From: the human T2T-CHM13v2.0 reference genome, Homo sapiens | Length of the DNA stretch: 64,000 nt | NCBI RefSeq assembly: GCF_009914755.1 | Contig: NC_060928.1 | Strand: one strand, 5' to 3' | Part shown: positions 1 to 12,136 of the stretch, in pieces | Numbering within the stretch: the stretch's first letter is position 1 | How the letters are laid out: each line of letters begins with the position of its first letter | The notes under the pieces: generated by a model | Seen by the model: the letters and a program-made list of their open reading frames with translations, nothing else | Told to the model about the DNA's origin: nothing | Database searches by the model: none | Program-made: the position numbers and the translations under genes

Positions 1-78
1 GTATCTTTGCTATTGTAAATAATGCTATGATAAATATATAATTGAGTGCAGGTATCTTTTGATATAATGATTTCTTTT
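1..78 (-). mobile_element. L1 fragment (ORF2 3' region), cut by window edge
   Basis: ttgctattgtaaataatgct...gtgcaggtatctttttgatataatgatttctttt resembles antisense L1PB/L1MA ORF2 3' sequence. Confidence 0.7.
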
Positions 79-178
79 AAGACCATAAGTTTTTATGTTA
101 AATAAACTTGGTTTTAAATCAGCACCTGTTATTTGTCAATGAAAATCTTAATATAAATTAATTTACTAAGCTTCAAGA

Positions 179-207
179 TGTGTCTGTGCGTGTGTCTGTC
201 TGTCTGT

Positions 208-245
<38 letters not shown>
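179..245. repeat. Compound (TCTG)n/(TG)n microsatellite
   Basis: tgtctgtctgtctc followed by a pure TG run. Confidence 0.95.
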
Positions 246-246
<1 letters not shown>

Positions 247-1219
247 CAGTATTTTTCCATCAATATTGAACACTAAACTCTTTCTTCAGGGACAAGTAGC
301 CTAGAAAATAAATTCCTCAGGCACAGTTGCCATCAGGAGTCAAGTTCACATTCAAATCAATGAGATAACTAGTACAAGAATTTTAAGGAAGAAGAGGAGA
401 GGCTATTATTCTGCTCTAACAGTAGCAGGTTCATGTGGAGACAGAAGGTAACTATGAAGATTTTAGTACCTTCCAGGAGAGCTCCTGAAAATTACCTGTG
501 TTGGTATAGGAGGCAATAGTGATAATTAGCATTTCCCTGTAATTTCAATAATTCCCAGTGTCCTCAAATCCAGTAGTGGTTCTCTCTGGACCATACTCAT
601 CAGTCCTATCAAAGTTTTGTAAGCATGTAATATATCACACTCCTTACTAAAATATCTAAATGGCTTCTATACTCTAACTTGATTAATACATGTGTAGGCT
701 GAAAAAAATGTGTATATCTCAGGATTACACTGGGAAACATATGAGATAAAGCTTTTAGCACAGTGTCCTGCCATCATCACTGTTTTTTTGTTGTTGCTTT
801 TTACTGTTGGTTCAATGTTCTTCCTGACCCTAATCTCCCTGATGACTATAGTGTAAATACTATGCATCTCATAATTAGCCACTGTGCATAAAAGAAAAAG
901 CTAACTTCCAAACTCAAGATTTCCAACAGTGAATTCAGCATTTGCAACTGAAAACCTTCTTGAAATATTATTTTGAACACTGGACATGAAACTTCAGAAT
1001 TATTTTTGACTAATTTCTTTAACTTGTTATATTAAATCAATTATGTTCACTCTCTCCCTGCAGCATCGTTCTCATATATTTGTCTCCATTTCTAAGGGAG
1101 CTACCATAATACAGGGATGATGAAATGTAAATTATATAATCCATTCAATCATCCAGTACACCCAGTAGAGTGCTGATCCATAGTAGGCTTTCAATTCTCA
1201 TTACCTTCTGTTTCCCATA

Positions 1220-1860
1220 AGGCTTTCAATACTATTGTAAGTATCTCTAATTGCTGTCCTTGTAAGTGTCCACTTGGTAACTTTGCCTCTGGTATCTCCC
1301 AGTTCTCATCTATATAACATTCGATTGCCAAATTAATCTTCCTAAAAGAGCCTTCTGAGCATGGCATTGCAATTGTCAGAAAACTTCAATTACCAACAGA
1401 ATAAATTTGTATATTTGTGCCTTTCTCCCTAGGAATTCAGTTTTCCGTACTCTATCTGTGTGTAACTGCCTAATGTTAACCTCTCACTGCTTCTCTCTTT
1501 ATGCCTCATTTTCTAGTAAGACTGAATTAGTTACTCTTCCCAGTTAATCCTATTTTGTATTTCTGTTTTTACTGTCTGTCCTTCTGTCTAAAATGCCTTT
1601 CTTCCCATGTTTATCTACCGTAATTGTACTGATCTTTTAAGGTGCTATTCAAATCTCATGTTGCAAACAGAGCCATGCCTAAGTGAACTTTCCCTCTTTT
1701 GTGACTTTGTTATGGCTAAATTGACTATAGTCTGCCTTATATTTGGTATATTTTCATGTATACTAGTTAATTTTCTTGGCTTTTCTACCATAAGACAGAG
1801 ATTGGAGCTACCTTCTAATCCTGGTACAAGAAAATGCAGGATAATGAAAACTTGTTAAGA
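1220..1860 (+). mobile_element. Degenerate L2 3' region
   Basis: L2-like motifs (aattaatcttcctaaaa, ttctgtctaaaatgcctttc, tail-like end); highly diverged. Confidence 0.5.
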
Positions 1861-2077
1861 CCATTGGCTAAAAGTTCAGACCTAAGTAAAACGTCACCTC
1901 TTCTATTTCCTAGCAGCATGACTATGTAACATAGGTTAATCTAAATCTTCACTGTTATCTTTAAAAAAATGATAAAATCGTATTTTACTTTTAAAGTCCT
2001 GTGTGCCACTTAATCAATCAATCAATATTTCATTTTCCTTACCTATTTTTGAAAACATATGATAAAAACGTATCTCT

Positions 2078-2083
2078 TTTATT
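2078..2083 (-). terminator. Candidate polyadenylation signal AATAAA for the predicted minus-strand terminal exon
   Basis: tttatt on +; about 670 nt downstream of the predicted stop at 2750. Confidence 0.3.
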
Positions 2084-2749
2084 AGGAGTATAGTTTATAA
2101 CCTACAAGATGCTTTGACACTGGTGACTATTAATATTTGTTGCATCAATATACATAAATTGCAGCCTCTATAATATATTTACAATGAGTTTTACAGCAGC
2201 TCAACTGCTTAGAGTAGAATGACTTCTTTAGTATTTATAAAAGTAGAAAATTTTCTCTGTTTCCAAAATATTTTACATTGGCCTCTATTATTTTCATTTT
2301 TCCAATGAAAATCTTTCTCTCATACCTCATGGGTCAACAGATTACTCATTTCTCCTGTTTTCATACTCCCTGGGTTAGATTATCCTGCTGTTTACTTTCC
2401 TATATTCAAAAAGGTAATCTTAACATCCTGATTGACCAAAGGATCACCTTGGTACATGTTTACCAACAGAACATTAACTATGGCTTCAAAATGGAAAGTG
2501 CATCATTTCCCTAAAGGGAAGAGATGCTTTCAATCACACATGAGCAGTCTGGATTTTGCTTGGGTAGGGATTGTACATCTAGAGGAACCTGAAAGGGCAA
2601 AGTATTTCTCATGCCAAATTTTATAGGATGCAACTGACCAATTAAAAAACAAAGGAGTCAGCATTTGTGTGTGTCCCTTCAGGAGGTATCATGTCAGCAA
2701 GTTATTCTTCATTGCAGCGTTTTAACACACCATTAAGCAGCATTCGTGG

Positions 2750-2801
2750 TCAAACTGATGTTGCTGTGGCTTTTCTTTGCTGCTCCCAGTACCCTTGAAC
2801 G
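2750..2801 (-). CDS. Candidate terminal coding exon of a predicted 105-aa ORF: (N)VQGYWEQQRKATATSV*
   Basis: Strong acceptor on minus strand (cattgac, T-run, ctgtag|CGTTC); phase 2 matches exon 5346-5427; TGA at 2752-2750. Confidence 0.4.
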
Positions 2802-3632
2802 CTACAGAAAAAAAAAGTCAATGATCTGATAATCATAGGAATCAACAAGGTTTATTTGGAGGAGTACTGGATGTGGAATTAGATTATTCAATTTTTCGAC
2901 ATGGTTAATCAAATAATATATGATAGCCATTGGAGAAATTCCAATTCAAGATTGTGAAATAGTGATAACATAGGCAGAAGGAAGAGACAGACATAAAAAC
3001 AAGTGATTACAACCACATGCAGAAAGTGAGATATGGCAATATACTACAAATTGATCAGATTGTCAAAGGTATTTATGGATCTATATTGTATCTGATTGGC
3101 TGTTGAAGTTTTTCCACTTACTTAACTATTATTACTCTAGAGCTTTTCTGCTAGTTGTCAACCAGATCAAAGTCTTTCTTTTTCTTTGCACATCTTATCC
3201 TGCACAAAACTAAGTTCTTACATCACTTATAAAGCCTTTATCTTAATTTATATTATAGTACTCTTAGTAAATGCTATTACAGTAGCACTGAGGGAGCAAA
3301 TTTTAGCTGACAGAATTGTTATCTGGAGCAATTTTCTAAGCAAGTCGTGTGTGTGTGTGTATTTTATATATGAAATTAGGACAAATACAAAGTTTTACCA
3401 TAGGTTGTAATTGGACTACATTTTGTATCCACTTCAATTCAGACTCAAATAATTAAGTCTGCTCAAGAAATCCCAAAATTAGCACTAAAGGCAAGCAAGC
3501 TGTTACTATTCCTAATAATCGCTACAGACTAATTGCTGCAAAAAAAAAGTTAAAATGTAACATCCAAATAAAAGTATCAGTAAACGATATTAAAAAGACA
3601 ATTTTTAAACAAGTGTGAGAGCATAATGAGCA

Positions 3633-3762
3633 TTTTTTTTTCTACAGAGACAGGGTCTTGTTATTTTGCCCAGGCTGGTCTTCTATTCCTGAGCTCAAAT
3701 GATGCTCCCACCTTGGCCTCCCAAAGTACTGGGATTACAGGTGTGAACCACTGCACTCAGCC
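3633..3762 (-). mobile_element. FLAM (free left Alu monomer)
   Basis: Monomer-length antisense Alu left arm with T-tail; imperfect TSD ataatgagca/ataataagca. Confidence 0.9.
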
Positions 3763-4074
3763 AAATAATAAGCACATTTTTAAAGGTACCATCAGTTTCT
3801 ACTATTTGTGAGCATACACTGCCTCTAGGAGCATTGGTACATTTCTAGGGAACCTTTATAAAGGAACCTTCATATAGTAAATTTCTGATTTTAGAAATTT
3901 ATCTAAAAGAAAATTTGGAGATGCAGAAAACATTTTATACATGAATACTCTTTCAAAATAATATGAAATAATAATAATAGTGTAATAGGGGCAGCTGCTA
4001 TTTATTAGATGCCTGTGGTATTGTATGATGTACTTTATAAAATCTAATTCTGATTGTTAAACCCTGGCAACCAT

Positions 4075-4500
4075 TATAATAGAATGATTTATATTCCTTT
4101 GGGGATATACTCCGTAATGGGATTTTTAGGTCAAATAGTATTTCTGGTTCTAGATCTTTGAGGTCATGTCCTTTGCAGGGACATGGAGGGAGCTGGAAGC
4201 CATTATCCTCAGCTAACTAACACAGGAACAGAAAACCAAACACGCATGTTCTCACTTATAAGTAAGTGGGAGCTGAACAATGAGAACAAATGGACGGAGG
4301 GAGGGGAACATCACACATTGGGGCCTGTCGGGAATGAGGTGGAAGGGAGAGCATCAAGATAAATAGATAAGTTTTCAAGGGCTTAATACCTAGGTGATGG
4401 TTTGATAGGTGCAGCAACCACAGTGACACACGTTTACTTATGTAACAAATCTGCATGTCCTGCACATGTACTCCAAAACTTTAAAAAAAAAAAAAAAAAC
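4075..4500 (+). mobile_element. 5'-truncated, 5'-inverted L1PA (about L1PA8-10) 3' end
   Basis: 4075-4163 is antisense L1 ORF2 end; 4164-4500 is sense ORF2 end, 3'UTR and poly-A; TSD aaaccctggcaacca/aaaccctggaaatca. Confidence 0.9.
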
Positions 4501-4502
4501 CT

Positions 4503-4830
4503 GGCCAGGCACGGTGGCTCATGCCTGTAATCACAGCACTTTGGGAGGCTGAGGCGGGTGGATCATAAGGTCAGGAGTTTGAGACCAGCCTGGCCAACAT
4601 GGTGAAACCCCCTCTCTAAAAATACAAAAATACACAATACTAAAAATACAAAAATTAGTCAGGTGTGGTGGCGAGCGCCTGTAATCCCAGCTACTCGGGA
4701 GGCTAAGGCAGGAGAATCACTTGAACCGGGAGGCAGATGTTGCAGTGAGCCGAGATCGTGCCACTGCACTCCAGCCTAGACAACAAGAGCAAGACTCCAT
4801 CTCAAAAAAATAAAAAAAGAAAAAGAAAAA
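4503..4830 (+). mobile_element. AluS (Sg-like) inserted at the end of the L1 poly-A tail
   Basis: Full dimeric Alu; duplicated central A-rich linker; aaaaacc(c)tgg on both sides. Confidence 0.95.
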
Positions 4831-5345
4831 CCCTGGAAATCAAGTATAGGTAACCACATGTAAGCAATAAAGGAGTGCATTGTACGTAGAAAACATACAA
4901 ATCATAAAATGTACTAACATTTATTTTTTTTTTTAACCACAGTACCATCAGTTCTAAATTTCATTGACAAAAATACTCCTTGCAAAATTCTTTTGTAAGT
5001 TTATGTTTTAAACAATCGCTGTGATTGAGATTTAATAACATAGATGTAATTTTCAAATTAGTTTTAAAATAATGTATTATTTAATATTTATTCTATTATT
5101 ATAATACATAAAGTTAATTTTGTCAGTTTCCAGTTATATAGCTAGCCCCCAAAATACATGAATTCAGTGATGAGCATTTATTTAGAGAATAACTAACCTA
5201 ATGATTTCAAATGGTTGAACTCAATTCAGGTTACCATTGGGTCTGCAGCCCTTGTGGTGCTACATATTCCTGTCTTTATGCACTAGATTAGAAATAAACA
5301 ATGATACAGTGATTGTAAAGAGAAAAAAAACAGAAGTAGACTTAC

Positions 5346-5427
5346 TTTAATTCTGGCATTTTATATGTCTGTTGGAAATTCTTTCTTTTTTTTAAGTACA
5401 CGCATTTGAAAGCTGCTAGAATTGATT
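5346..5427 (-). CDS. Candidate internal coding exon (82 nt): (E)SILAAFKCVYLKKRKNFQQTYKMPEL
   Basis: Acceptor cctttgttatttcag| and donor AAA|gtaagt; only one of three frames is open and it is the one set by exon 7624-7789. Confidence 0.45.
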
Positions 5428-6287
5428 CTGAAATAACAAAGGCATGGCCAGTTTTTAATTTCTAGAATTGATTGTGCAAAGGAATTTTTATAATTTCTGC
5501 CAAATTTTTTCTTATGTTTAAATTTCTTCCTACATATTTGTGTATCCTTTCATATGAGATAAAAATTTTAAATTAATATAAATAAAAGGTGTTATTTGAT
5601 AAATTATCAATAAAGATAACCTGACCAACTTGGCTATACTGTCTACTGAATATGATGTCTTCTAATGAGAAGACAATTAAGCCTGAAACAAAATAATTAA
5701 CATATTTGAAAAAGTTAAGGGTTAGAAACTTTAATGCTATGATTCATATTAATAGTCATCACTTATAATACCAGGCAAATAAGTAGCTCTGAGTTTTTTC
5801 CCTCTTTTCAAAAGCTATACAAAATATACCAAATTAATTATAAAATATTAATATATAACAAAAAATTTCTTTATACAGAAATTTTCATCTTTATACAGAA
5901 AATTTTAAAAATTTATTTACTGACAAAATTATGCACACACACATGAAGTACAATTAGGAAAAGTTTCACTGTCTGATTTTTTTTCTGAACATGATTATTT
6001 GTTTCATTTCCTGTTTATTTTTGAAAACAATTCTGCCATATGAAAAGGGGGTATTAAAAATGATCCACTCCAGGTGACACATGTAGCAGGTACATGACTG
6101 CCTAGTAGGTCAAAGAGTAATTGAGGAATTGAGAAGTTACATGCTTGATTATCAATCAAGTTATATCAAATTTCATGCTTATAAAATGTAACAAGAATAT
6201 TTATTTCACTGTGCTCATGTTAATGAAAGAAAAAGTTCTATAAACAAATGATTTGAAGTCTTCAAAGCAAATAAAGACAATATAAAA

Positions 6288-6691
6288 TATATTTAACACT
6301 TCGATCTGCCATAAGAAAATACCAGAGACCAGGTAGCTTCATTCACAAAAATTTATCTTCCATGGTTCTAGAGTTCAAGATCCATGTGGCAGCAAGGTAG
6401 CTTTTATTTTGATGCCTCTTCTCTTGGCTTGTAGGTGGTCACCATCTTGCTGTGTGCTCAGTGTCCTCTGCTTTGTGCAAGTGTGAGCAGAGAGGGAGAG
6501 AAGAGAGCAAGCCCCCTAGTATCTCCTCTTACAAGGACACCAATCCCTTAATGAGGGCAGCCACCTCATGATCCCATCTAACCCTAACTACCTTCCAAAG
6601 GCCTTGTCTATAAATACCATCATATTGGGGGCTAGGGTTTTAACATATACATTTGATGGGGTAGGGGAGCCCAAACATTCAGTCCATAACA
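6288..6691 (-). mobile_element. MaLR solo LTR, MLT1A-like
   Basis: Ends aaacattcagtccataaca (reverse complement of MLT1A start tgttatggactgaatgttt); internal ccctaactaccttccaaaggcc motif. Confidence 0.85.
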
Positions 6692-6832
6692 TAAAATAAT
6701 TCAGGAAAAACAGATTTATAATATACTTGTTCTGTAGTCAAAAGTATATTTTCAGCTTCAGTGAGGCAAATTAATATGCTATCCATTGTGGTTTCTGCAG
6801 AGGTCTTTGCTGATTAAAAAGAACACTCATAC

Positions 6833-6900
6833 CTCTTTCTCAATCTAACAGTTTTCTGTAAACTTGATGTCTGTACCACATTGCTTTTTCACTCTGTTGT
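6833..6900 (-). other. Candidate 68-nt cassette exon with stops in all frames
   Basis: Branch-like gactaag, acceptor atatcctcag|, donor GAG|gtatga. Confidence 0.3.
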
Positions 6901-7623
6901 CTGAGGATATTGATTATACATGGCATGGCATGCTTAGTCATTATACTGAGGTTGAAAGAAAATTATGTTCAAAAATGACATAGCACATTACATATTCTTT
7001 ACATTTGGTCAAGTATATTTGAGAATTAATTCTTCACAGATAATGCCCAAGGGCTTTGACAAAAGGAAATTGAATCATTGATGTTTTCTTCATTGTGGGG
7101 TGAATGCAATTCAAGCCGGTGGAGAAAACCACGTTAGTCATGGAAAGCTCCCTAGGGTTGCCTATGTCAAAAGATATGTGACATATATGTACATTACTAA
7201 AGATATTTTATACTACTTATTTACAGCATAAAAATCAAACTACAATTATTGGAATCAGAGTTTTAAGCAAAAGAGTTACTCTGTGACATCACTTTTCTGT
7301 CACTAATTTTGACAGTTCTGAACTTCTGAAACCAAATACATCTGATCATGGAAAAAGCCCAAAGGCTTTTCAATCAAATGAAATTAGGCCTCAACACTGC
7401 TGGGAAGTAGATGCGTCTTAATGTTTTAGATTAGAAAAGAGTAACATGGAGGCTAAAACATGTTAAATGAATTGCTCAAGGCCACTCATTAAAAGCATCA
7501 CTGGCCTTTCTGAGGTATTTTATCAGATGAAAGCCAGACTAATTCTGTGATTTTATTACACCCATTGTGCTTAGCTGGTTAGTAGATACTTTCTTTTATC
7601 TGGAAAAACTGTAGATTTATTAC

Positions 7624-7789
7624 CTTTTGTGTGCAGTCTTGAGGGGATGGAGCATGACAAAGGGGCACAAGGTTTTGCCTTACAATATTTGAAATGTCTA
7701 GAAACCCCAGATTTTTGTCTGGCTTTTCCTGATACTAATAGTATGTCTTCCAAATTAATGTACTTATATTTATTGAAAATAAAACGATA
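7624..7789 (-). CDS. Candidate internal coding exon (166 nt): YRFIFNKYKYINLEDILLVSGKARQKSGVSRHFKYCKAKPCAPLSCSIPSRLHTK
   Basis: Acceptor atactttttctgtag| and donor AAG|gtaata; 55 codons open in phase 0, ends phase 1; overlaps supplied ORF 7571..7753. Confidence 0.45.
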
Positions 7790-8083
7790 CTACAGAAAAA
7801 GTATGCAATGTGTTACTTTGTGGTGGGTTCCCCTCTTCCCTTTATTTTGAAAAGCAGTTAGCTCTTTTCCTATAAGCCAAGAAATATTTTCATTCCTGTA
7901 ATACATGAGAGAGGAATCGGGCCTAGCTAAGTTTTCATATTGCTCTTTGAGTGTATTTAAGTATGCTAGTAGTCAACTTTTATTAAAGTAATTTCTATTG
8001 GGTGTATTTTACGGCTTAGCAAAGAGGCAGTATTGGGGTTTTATTCATTGTGGCTTATAATAAAAGGAACTTGAGTGACATAC

Positions 8084-8101
8084 CATAGAGAGGCGTCCCA
8101 T
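8084..8101 (-). CDS. Candidate first coding segment MGRLSM
   Basis: tttatcATGG has Kozak A-3/G+4; donor ATG|gtatgt; phase 0 joins 7789 across a 294-bp intron. Confidence 0.3.
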
Positions 8102-9159
8102 GATAAACTGGTACTTAGAAAACTAGACTAAATGTCTTGGAACACATTAGGAAACAATTTCCTATTAAATTTTGAAATCTTTCTCTAGGTTTAGTGTCTA
8201 TAAAAATAATCATCAGAGTTCTTCAAGGTTATTTTTTTTAAAGACTTTGAAAGAGTTCCAAATAGGATGTATGTTTTTTTAATATTTTTATTTTGTAGCA
8301 CCTGAATTCATTTTTCAGTTTTCCTAGTCCAAAGTTAGTCATTATTGCCTTGCTAAATATAATCATGTTTGCTTGGACAATATTACAAATAGATTTTCAG
8401 AAAATTCCAGTGAAATATCAAGTATTTTGACTGACACACAGAACTCGCTGTAACATTATTATGAAAGGGACAGAAAGGTATGTTTTTTTAGCAGTGTAGT
8501 GGCAGTAAATCTCAATTCCTACAAAATTGGCCTTCCATTTCAAGTCTTAATGTTAGAATTATTCTAATAATTTCTCCCATAGAACAATGCAGACTCAAAG
8601 GTATGATTAGAAATTTTACCATAATTTACAAGAATTAATATAATCTAATAATGTGTAACAATTTTGTATATTTCTACTCTGGGGCATAATATTCCTAGGG
8701 AATATATCAGTCAAGCAGATTTATATATATCCTATTTCCAGTTTCCTAAGTGTCACCTAATTCTATCTGCCCCACCAAATTGGCCTTGGAAGCATTATAG
8801 TAACACAATATGTATGCAAAAATGCAATATACCAGCAATTTTACTCTTATAATACATCAGATTTAATGCCTCATCAGATTCCATCTTTACTTTTTGTTAT
8901 TGCAGATGTTCCACTTTTAAGAAATGTTTTATGTAATTAAAAAACACCAACTAGACATCCCCATTTAGCAAATATTTACATTAAAGAAAACAGAAAACTT
9001 TATTTGAGCATCTCTTATAGGAAAGATAATAGTTTTTTGGAACTGAAGCAAGTATTTTGAATTAATCTCATACATTGAAAGTAAAAATTCTTGTTAATTG
9101 TATTTTCTGTATTTTTGAGTCATATAATATTGAAATATTATGATAGCAAATATTAATCA

Positions 9160-9474
<315 letters not shown>

Positions 9475-9665
9475 TTAATGCACAGAATGTGAAGCATTGT
9501 GAACTGGACAGAAAATTATCTTCAACTTTTCATTATTTTAAAGTTGGTAGACCAGGTGATTTGTAAGCCATGTTTTAACTGTGGTAATTTGCCAAAGGAC
9601 TTTATAAATTAAATGGAAAGAATTTCGTCTTTTGTCAGTAAACTTTGAACCATATTTTGATTATA

Positions 9666-10270
9666 CAGTTGATTATCATTATTTGTGGTAGTTGGGTTCT
9701 GTAAAGCAAACAGTAGAAGCATTGCTCATAGAGAAAAAATAAGATTAGGTTCCTATGAGCTTCTGATCATAACATTTCAGCAACTGAGCAATATATAACC
9801 TTGTTTTATATGTATTTCTATTTAATACCACCTCATTGAATATATATTGTCAATTTTGAACTTTGAACTCATGGCCAGCTTTAACTCATGTCTGAAGTTA
9901 CTTTCTCCATAAGGCACATCACAGCCTTCTTGCACTTAGGAACACTTTGTAGAACTTCAGCACTATCACTGTTTTAAACACAAAAATCACTGACAAAAAG
10001 CACAAAGATGCAAAAAACATGACACCAAATAGACTGCAAAAAGGTCATTTACATATAGTAGGAGAGCTGAAACAAAAAGACTGAGCATTCTTTTGTTCTA
10101 CCTTAGTTGGAACATGTGTCTTAGGCAACTCAAATTTTCTGCCACTCTGCATATGTACAAGTCCACAGATGCTCATTAAAGCACGGCAATATTGATTTTG
10201 GGGTTACAAATAAATTTTAGTAAGCATGACATTCTAAATACAGAATATGAGAATAATAAGCATTGATTAG
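9666..10270 (-). mobile_element. MER82 (TcMar-Tigger non-autonomous DNA transposon)
   Basis: TA then cagttgattatcattattt TIR; tctccataaggcacatcacagccttcttgcacttaggaacac and ttttggggttacaaataaattttag match recalled antisense MER82. Confidence 0.85.
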
Positions 10271-10619
10271 ATATACTTTGGAAGTTATGCGAGTGATTTT
10301 AGTGACTTTTGTCCTTTTTTTAAACGTTCATGTTAATTGAATGCATTTTTACATTCTATAACGATGTGATTCAAACCCTTATGAAGTGCTCTTGCTGATG
10401 CTAGTGCTAGTAGTGAAAAAACTAACCCACGATCAATAATTTTGGAGTAAATGTTAAATGTTATAAAATACAAAGCCAAAGGCCACCTTGCTGCTCATTT
10501 GGAGAAAGAACCCTTTAATAATAGAAATGATAATAGTTAAAAAGAAGTATTTAAGCAACAACTTGCTATCATTATTGTATAACTGTGTGCTCTAAGACTG
10601 TCAATCCAATTTTATACTA

Positions 10620-11081
<462 letters not shown>

Positions 11082-11119
11082 TCATTTCTACGCTCTATAG
11101 CATATACATTTTGTCATTT

Positions 11120-11665
11120 TTTCATTTATTCATTCAGTAAATTTTTATGGGTTGTCAACTGTATTTCAACTATTACACAAGGCCTAGAAGATACAATGAC
11201 AAATGAGACAGCATACCTGTTTTTGTGAAGCACATAATCTAGTGATAAAGTCAAATAAGAAGCAAAAAATAATAAAAAGGTATTATGTACTTGTTTGCAC
11301 AGGGATTCACAGAAGAGATACCTATTTCGGACTTGGTAGGAATAGAGTGAGAAGGGCAGAGGCAGACGTTTTGGAAATGTTTCCAGAAGAACAGACATCT
11401 GAGCCAAGCACTGAAGAATGAGTAGAAGTTAGAGAGGCAATGATGATGTAATAGGGGTAAAGGAATGGCATGTTCTGAGCCAGAGGCTATGAAAAGACCA
11501 GAAGAACAAAAGAAGGTGAGTGCAAAACAGGGAAGCAGAAACAAATGAGGCCGCGGGAATAAACTGTCTAAAGATCATAAACAATTGTGCTTTCCTGATT
11601 GGTCAAAATACTTAAAATAATACAGAGAGGCATTGCTGAATTTGAAACAGAGAAGTGACATGTTG
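11120..11665 (-). mobile_element. L2 3' region
   Basis: tcatttattcattcagtaaattt tail followed by purine-rich antisense L2 body; probably resumes after the MLT1 at about 12137. Confidence 0.65.
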
Positions 11666-11666
11666 A

Positions 11667-12136
11667 GTGTGACAGTTTTAAAATATGGCCACAAAATTCT
11701 TTGGCACTTGTCCCTTTGAGTCTAGGCTTTATAACTGCTGGGCCAACAGAATATACAGCAGACATAATGCTGTGCCAGTTTCCAGGAAGTTGCCCATCTG
11801 GGAAACTTCTTTCTTTTGGTATAGATGCTCTTAGAAACCAGCCACTGTCTTGAAAGAGTTCTAAGCAATCCTGGAAAGCCCATATAGAAAGAGGCTTAAA
11901 GTTCCTGGCCCTGAGCTGAGCTTCCAATCAGAACCAACTTGCCAGCCATGTAAATTAGCCATCTTGGAAGTTCTTCTTTAGCCTTCGAGTGTTTCTTTTG
12001 ACTCCGCATATAGTAGAGATGGTCCTTTCCCCCAAATTCTGGTCCAACTAGCAGACTTGGGGCTTAATAAATTATTATTGAGTTAAACCCCTGAACTTTG
12101 AGGTGGTTTGTCATGTAGCAATGGATGACTAGGACA
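11667..12136 (+). mobile_element. MaLR solo LTR, MLT1G/H-like
   Basis: aaaatatggccacaaaattcttt start; aacttgccagccatgt; end tttgaggtggtttgtcatgtagcaatggatgactaggaca. Confidence 0.8.
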
